DNA of 64,000 nucleotides from Candidatus Hodarchaeota archaeon. Its GTDB lineage: Archaea > Asgardarchaeota > Lokiarchaeia > Sigyniarchaeales > SOKP01. The DNA lies in NCBI GenBank assembly GCA_048887225.1, contig JBHLJY010000006.1, positions 64,001 to 128,000 on the forward strand, written 5' to 3'. Both the position numbers and the translations under genes were made by a program. The notes below the pieces were generated by a model. It did not search any database, was not told the DNA's origin, and saw nothing but the letters and a program-made list of their open reading frames with translations. Shown here in pieces: positions 58,821-64,000 of the stretch (position 1 is its first letter; each line of letters starts with the position of its first letter).

Positions 58821-60239
58821 ATGAGTTTTTCAGATATGCCTGTTGATGTTGGTCCTGTATATGAAGGTGAACGGATCAGAGGAAATCAAATGTATGTTGA
58901 ATTAGGCGGCCCTAAAATTGAAAAACATTTCGAATTAGTCAGAGTTAGACCAGATAAAGATATCAATGATGGGCAGGTAAAAATTGTTGGACCTGACTTG
59001 AAAGATATGGAAATAGGTTCAAGCAATCCAATTGGCATTTTAGTTGAAGTTGCAGGTCCTGAGTTGGAAGAAGATTTAGAAGCCGTGTTTGAAAGAAGAA
59101 TTCACGAATTTTGTAATTTCGTTAATGGAATAATGCATCTTAACCAAAGATATACTAATTGGATGCGAATTAGTAAAACTGCATTCGAGAAGGGATTTGA
59201 TAGCCTTAATTTTTTAGGAGAAATTTTAATTAGGCTGTTTAAGGCTGAATTACCAATTATTAAGAAGGCACAAGTCACACTTTATACAGATGCTAAAGAA
59301 ATTGAAAAACCTCATGCTATGGCACTGAAAATTTACAATAAGAGAGATGAAAGAGCTCGAAGTATTAATGATGAGGATGTTGATATGTTCTATGGCTGCG
59401 TTTTATGTCAATCATTCGCTCCGACTCATGCTTGCTGTATAACTCCAAATCGTATGAGTTTATGTGGCTCTATTTCATGGTTTGATGCCAGAGCTGCAGC
59501 ACGAGTAGATCCTAAAGGTCCTCTGTTCGAAGTACCCATTGGTGAGACCCTTAATAAAGAGGCTGGAGAATATTCTGGGATAAATGAAATGATCAAGAAG
59601 CGTTCACTAGGAGAAATTGATAGAATTTATCTTTATTCAGGAATGGAATTCCCACATACATCATGTGGATGCTTTGAAGCTATAGATTTTTTGATTCCTG
59701 AAACAGGAGTAGGACACGGTATTATTGACAGAAGCCATGATGGTGTTGCTCTCAATGGTTTACCATTCTCAGCAATGGCAAATCAAACTGGTGGGGGAAA
59801 ACAAATGCCCGGTTTCAATGGGATTAGTATTCAGTATATCATTTCGCCGAAGTTTCAACAATATGATGGAGGTATTTACAATGTTGTGTGGATGGGCAAA
59901 ACTGTAAAAGATCGTGTCGCTGAATTATTGCCAGCTGATCTTGTCGATAAAATCGCTACTGAGGAAGAAGTTAGTGATTTAAGCGAATTACCGGCTTGGT
60001 TAGAAGAAAAAAAACATCCTATTATAGAAACTGAAGAATATAAAGCTGCTATTGGCGGTATTGAAGAAGAGGAAGAAGAATATGAAGAAGAAGGAGCAAT
60101 GATGCCTATAGGAACTGTTGGAATGACTATTCCAGGAGTAGGCGGCGCTGGTGGCTTCAAAATTATACTGAAGAACTGTAAGATACATGCAGAATCGATT
60201 ATTATCAAGAAGACCGAACCAAGAAGGGGCAAGAAATAA
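58821..60239 (+). CDS. cdhC: Acetyl-CoA decarbonylase/synthase beta subunit (acetyl-CoA synthase)
   Basis: YEGERIR, CVLCQSFAPTH, SLCG, PHTSCGCFE, acidic linker. Confidence 0.95.
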   Translation: MSFSDMPVDVGPVYEGERIRGNQMYVELGGPKIEKHFELVRVRPDKDINDGQVKIVGPDLKDMEIGSSNPIGILVEVAGPELEEDLEAVFERRIHEFCNFVNGIMHLNQRYTNWMRISKTAFEKGFDSLNFLGEILIRLFKAELPIIKKAQVTLYTDAKEIEKPHAMALKIYNKRDERARSINDEDVDMFYGCVLCQSFAPTHACCITPNRMSLCGSISWFDARAAARVDPKGPLFEVPIGETLNKEAGEYSGINEMIKKRSLGEIDRIYLYSGMEFPHTSCGCFEAIDFLIPETGVGHGIIDRSHDGVALNGLPFSAMANQTGGGKQMPGFNGISIQYIISPKFQQYDGGIYNVVWMGKTVKDRVAELLPADLVDKIATEEEVSDLSELPAWLEEKKHPIIETEEYKAAIGGIEEEEEEYEEEGAMMPIGTVGMTIPGVGGAGGFKIILKNCKIHAESIIIKKTEPRRGKK

Positions 60240-60392
60240 ATAGTACGGTTTAATTTTTTCTTATTTTTTTACTGTTTTTTGTGTCTATCATTATTTATAA
60301 CCAAGGTGTTATAATCATTAGAATTTACGAGAAATTCAGAAAGAATATAAAAAAAATTGATACATATTTATAACTTAGCTATTAAAAAAAAA

Positions 60393-60857
60393 TTAAATAT
60401 AATATCCCGTGCTATCTTCCGTATACTCATTTTTATCGTCATCGTTCTCGTCATCGTCATCTTTGTTGCCCATGATCTTTTTATAAAAGGCTTTTATAAT
60501 ATCTTCTGGATCTGCATTTGGATCGAGATCTTTAAAATCTCTTGGATCAATTTTGATAATCCCGCCTCGCTTGAAAGGAATAATCTTACTACGCATCTCC
60601 CTTTCAATTCTTTCTTCTCTCCTAGACTTCAGACTTAATTCTTTTTTCATTAATTCTTTCAATTCATTTACCACAAGTTTATCTAATTCGTTACCTTCAA
60701 GGTCCAATAAAATCTCGTTGTCAAAAGTTTTTGTAAGCCGCCTAATAGCTTTTTCCCGTTTAATTTCCGAAATCTGGTTAATTGAATTTAATCCTAGAAG
60801 ATTTAAGATATTAAGCCAATCTAGTTTAACTGTCCAAGAAAATTCTTTTTCTGACAT
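60393..60857 (-). CDS. Hypothetical protein with acidic C-terminus
   Basis: 154-aa ORF with protein-like composition. Confidence 0.7.
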   Translation of the reverse strand: MSEKEFSWTVKLDWLNILNLLGLNSINQISEIKREKAIRRLTKTFDNEILLDLEGNELDKLVVNELKELMKKELSLKSRREERIEREMRSKIIPFKRGGIIKIDPRDFKDLDPNADPEDIIKAFYKKIMGNKDDDDENDDDKNEYTEDSTGYYI

Positions 60858-61078
60858 CTTTTTAATTATCTTTTTCTACAATTATAAAAGTGTTTTAAAG
60901 AAGTTAAATTTTTTCTTTTTTCTGTAAAATTATACAAGTTTCCCAAATAAATATTTAATTATTTTAATCTATAAAATTAGCTGATAAATTTTCAAATACT
61001 TGAATTTCTAACTCTGAATCGTCATGCATTATCCAATGAAATAGGTTATTGTTGAGAATAATTTTTGAAATCTTATTT

Positions 61079-61987
61079 TTAAAAATTAATATTTTTTCTT
61101 TTTAATAGAGATATATATTTTCTCCGCCAATCAGGTTCGATTTTACCAAGAGCTAAGATTGCTTCTTCCCTAACCCAATCATACCAATCTTTTAACGCAT
61201 TGATCAAAAAAGAAATTGCTCGTTCATTGCCTAATTCACCTAATGCTTTAATAAGCCCTCGCCTCAAATATCCAATCTCTATTTTATTTTTATTTACTGC
61301 TGTATCTTTTAATGCGTCTAATAATAACTCAATTAGTGTTTCACCATTAACTATTTTTTTTAACGCTTCAAAAGCATATTCCCATACGTCGAAACTTCCT
61401 AATCCAAGATTTTCTATTAGAGGGGAAATGGCTCTTTTATTTTTTAAATTACCTAATGCTTGAATGACTCGAATACGAACTAATTTACTTGAAGAATTTA
61501 GCATCTCTAATAATAAATTCGCTGAGGATGTTTCATTAAGATATCCTAAAGACTCAGCAGCATGCATTTTCAATCTATCGTCATTGCTTGTTAAGGCTTT
61601 TTTCAGACTTTTAATAATAGTTTCCCTGAATTCTTTTCGTTCTGCTAACGGTACTAATAGATTTAGAGCAGTATATTTAACATCAGGTTTTTTTTCGTTT
61701 TCTATGACCCAGATCAATGGTTTTATAGCTTTCCTTTTGTTGTAATTAAATGCTAATAGTTTTGCTGCTTCCATTCTTACATCAGGATCCTCGTCGGATA
61801 TGAAATAATTCTCAATTTCTTCAAAATGTGAATTATCCTTTAAATCATTCAATATTTCTAAAATTCTCATTCTTGTCTTTTTATTATCTGCTACAGTATA
61901 TAAATTATGAAGCCTTTCAATCGCCTCACTTCTCCCAATTTTATTCAGATCTTTTATTATCGAATCTGGGGCAATCAAATTTGACAA
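61079..61987 (-). CDS. HEAT/PBS-lyase repeat protein
   Basis: Repeated VR..A..ALG.L units. Confidence 0.85.
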   Translation of the reverse strand: MSNLIAPDSIIKDLNKIGRSEAIERLHNLYTVADNKKTRMRILEILNDLKDNSHFEEIENYFISDEDPDVRMEAAKLLAFNYNKRKAIKPLIWVIENEKKPDVKYTALNLLVPLAERKEFRETIIKSLKKALTSNDDRLKMHAAESLGYLNETSSANLLLEMLNSSSKLVRIRVIQALGNLKNKRAISPLIENLGLGSFDVWEYAFEALKKIVNGETLIELLLDALKDTAVNKNKIEIGYLRRGLIKALGELGNERAISFLINALKDWYDWVREEAILALGKIEPDWRRKYISLLKRKNINF

Positions 61988-62188
61988 GTTTATTTTTTAT
62001 CATATTTCTACATGATTATGAGAATTTAAAATTTTTAGTTATATTAGTAAAGATCAAATTTAAATCATTGACAGGTGGGAGCTGTGAATATTAATTTTTA
62101 ATTCACTCATAAATGAACTTGTATAAAAAAAATTCTGAATTAAAAAACTAAAGTATATAAAATAGAAAATATGCGTATTTATCTGGAT

Positions 62189-62434
62189 TTAGGTAAAATA
62201 ATGCTTAAATGATTTTCGGAAATCATTTATATATTCATTGTCAATTTCACCGAACTTAACATCACCGAATTTAATGTTCCCAAGTGACCTATGTTTCATA
62301 ATTGCTATATAGTGTTTAAGGGATCTCTCAAAATCACCTACATTTAAGCTATTAACCTCCGCAAATTTAACAAGTCCAAATCTGTCTAAATAATCTTCAA
62401 AAGCAGTGATCGATTTTCCATTATTTTCAGTCAT
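62189..62434 (-). CDS. Small hypothetical protein
   Basis: 81-aa ORF only. Confidence 0.5.
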   Translation of the reverse strand: MTENNGKSITAFEDYLDRFGLVKFAEVNSLNVGDFERSLKHYIAIMKHRSLGNIKFGDVKFGEIDNEYINDFRKSFKHYFT

Positions 62435-62685
62435 TTTACATTTTCACGTCTTTTTATAAATTTTTATTCAAATGATTTTTTAATTAAATAAATGTTTTTT
62501 TTATAAGAAATTATAATCTGATATTTAAATAAATTCCTAAATTTCCAAGTATTAAGAGTTTTGATATATTCGATAATGTATATTTTTAAAATCTACAATT
62601 TTTTTGAAAATTTTTAAGCAAAAGTGATAATAATTTAACTTATGAAGAATGATTTTTTTAATCCAAATTTAGGAATTGAAACGAA

Positions 62686-63624
62686 ATGAGTAGAAAGATG
62701 GACGATAAGATCTATTTAAGTTATTTGTTTCAATCTTTAAAAGTAGACGATTTAAAAAAGATCTGTAGAGATTTTGAAATAAAAGGATATTCAAAATTAA
62801 AGAAGACGGAGCTAATCGATTTCATTCTTGATTCTTTAGCAAATGAAGAAATAAGCGAACTATTAAAGCAAAAGGAATTAGAAATAATATCAAGCGAAAT
62901 AAATTTGGCATTAAAAAAGATTAATAGGGAAAATAGAGAAAGTATTTCAAAAATTGAAATTGTTAATCAAGATAACCACGAGATTGAAATTTTGTTTAAA
63001 GGTTTTAATTGGGAGGTCACCTCATTTTTATCTATAACAAAAGAAAATATTGAAAATCCCGAAAGAGATTGTGATTGTAGAATAGGATCAAATATGGGTT
63101 TTTGTAATCATTTCTGGGTTGGTTTTATCTTTTCTTTGAAAGAAGGTTATTTTAAACTTTCCGATTGGACATTAACATTATTACCAGATGATTTTAAGGA
63201 AAAAATTAAGTCAATAAAATTATCTAAAGGAGAGATTGGAGAAGGAAAAGCCGAATCAGTAAGTATAGTAGATGAGAGTTCGGATTCTTTTCAATTAATG
63301 GGACATATTGACAAAAGCATTACAGTTTATGAGGGAGAAATAGAAAATATCCTTGAACGACAACAAGATTTCCAGGGAAACATAACAACCTATTATGTTA
63401 TTACATTAAAAAACGCTAAATTTGGCCCTAGAGTACAAAAAAAAAGTGATTTTCGTGAAGAAGATATTGAAAAAATAGAGAAACTAAAGTTAAGAATAAG
63501 TGAAAAATTAAAGAATGATCATGATTTAAAAAATGGAGATAAAATCGGTGGAAATGGAAAACTTACTAAAGATAATCTTTTAGGTTTCATTGTAAAGAAT
63601 ATAAGAAAAATTGAGAAAATATAA
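62686..63624 (+). CDS. Rho-N/SAP-like domain plus SWIM zinc-finger protein
   Basis: LKVDDLKKIC..GYSKLKKTELI; CDC..FCNH. Confidence 0.75.
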   Translation: MSRKMDDKIYLSYLFQSLKVDDLKKICRDFEIKGYSKLKKTELIDFILDSLANEEISELLKQKELEIISSEINLALKKINRENRESISKIEIVNQDNHEIEILFKGFNWEVTSFLSITKENIENPERDCDCRIGSNMGFCNHFWVGFIFSLKEGYFKLSDWTLTLLPDDFKEKIKSIKLSKGEIGEGKAESVSIVDESSDSFQLMGHIDKSITVYEGEIENILERQQDFQGNITTYYVITLKNAKFGPRVQKKSDFREEDIEKIEKLKLRISEKLKNDHDLKNGDKIGGNGKLTKDNLLGFIVKNIRKIEKI

Positions 63625-63688
63625 AATCGTAAGATTAATTCTGCTAATCTAAATATGAATACTATTTATAAATATTGAGGCTAAAAGA

Positions 63689-64000
63689 TTGAAAGCTGAT
63701 AATTCATATACGGATTATGCTTACAATTTAATAAAAACAATCGAAGAGAAGTTTGGGCCACGCTACTCTAGTTCTGAGGCGGAAAAAAAAGCAAATTTAT
63801 TGGTAAAGGAAGAATTTTCGAAATTTTGCGATAAAACATATATAGAAGAATTTCAAACACATCCTAATTTATATCCGCAAGGGATATTCAAAGTCACTGG
63901 TCTTTTTGGGGGCATTTCATTTATATTTTTTCTTATGATATTTCCACTTACAATTCTAGCTGCTTTTTTAATTTTGCTTGCATTATTCATACTATTTGCA
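63689..64000 (+). CDS. Partial CDS running off the window end, probably a membrane-associated M28-family peptidase
   Basis: TTG start; YAYNLIKTIEEKFGPRYSSSEAEKKA...EEF followed by TM segments. Confidence 0.55.
   Translation, partial: MKADNSYTDYAYNLIKTIEEKFGPRYSSSEAEKKANLLVKEEFSKFCDKTYIEEFQTHPNLYPQGIFKVTGLFGGISFIFFLMIFPLTILAAFLILLALFILFA

Noticed and set aside
1960-62094. Numerous short ORFs overlapping or antisense to longer genes in the ORF track
   Set aside because: They are shadows of well-supported genes and have no recognisable motifs.
1-64000. tRNA, rRNA, transposase or integrase genes
   Set aside because: I recognised no GC-rich structured RNA segments or recombinase/transposase motifs by eye. 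A covariance-model scan was not possible.

Overview
AT-rich archaeal window. Gene content (archaeal ACDS cdhB/cdhC, Alba, AOR, SCP2 proteins, many thiolase-fold/DUF35 pairs, expanded acyl-CoA metabolism) suggests an Asgard archaeon, probably Lokiarchaeia; this is inference. 0.5-28.2 kb is an acyl-CoA/lipid catabolic region with seven Cys-less thiolase-fold genes, seven DUF35 genes, BKACE, ADH, AOR and a B12 acyl-CoA mutase with unusual active-site residues. 28.3-43.9 kb is an accessory region of small membrane and zinc-ribbon genes separated by a mosaic family of intergenic repeats. 44-64 kb holds further lipid genes, an orphan N6 methyltransferase and a partial ACDS cluster. Main finding: the thiolase-fold gene at 26835-28191 (-), split in the ORF track, is interrupted by three short insertions (29, 34 and 34 nt). 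Each folds into a bulge-helix-bulge (BHB) motif, and cutting at the canonical tRNA-splicing-endonuclease positions rejoins four exons into one 419-aa frame. This points to a multi-intron archaeal mRNA spliced by the tRNA splicing machinery.
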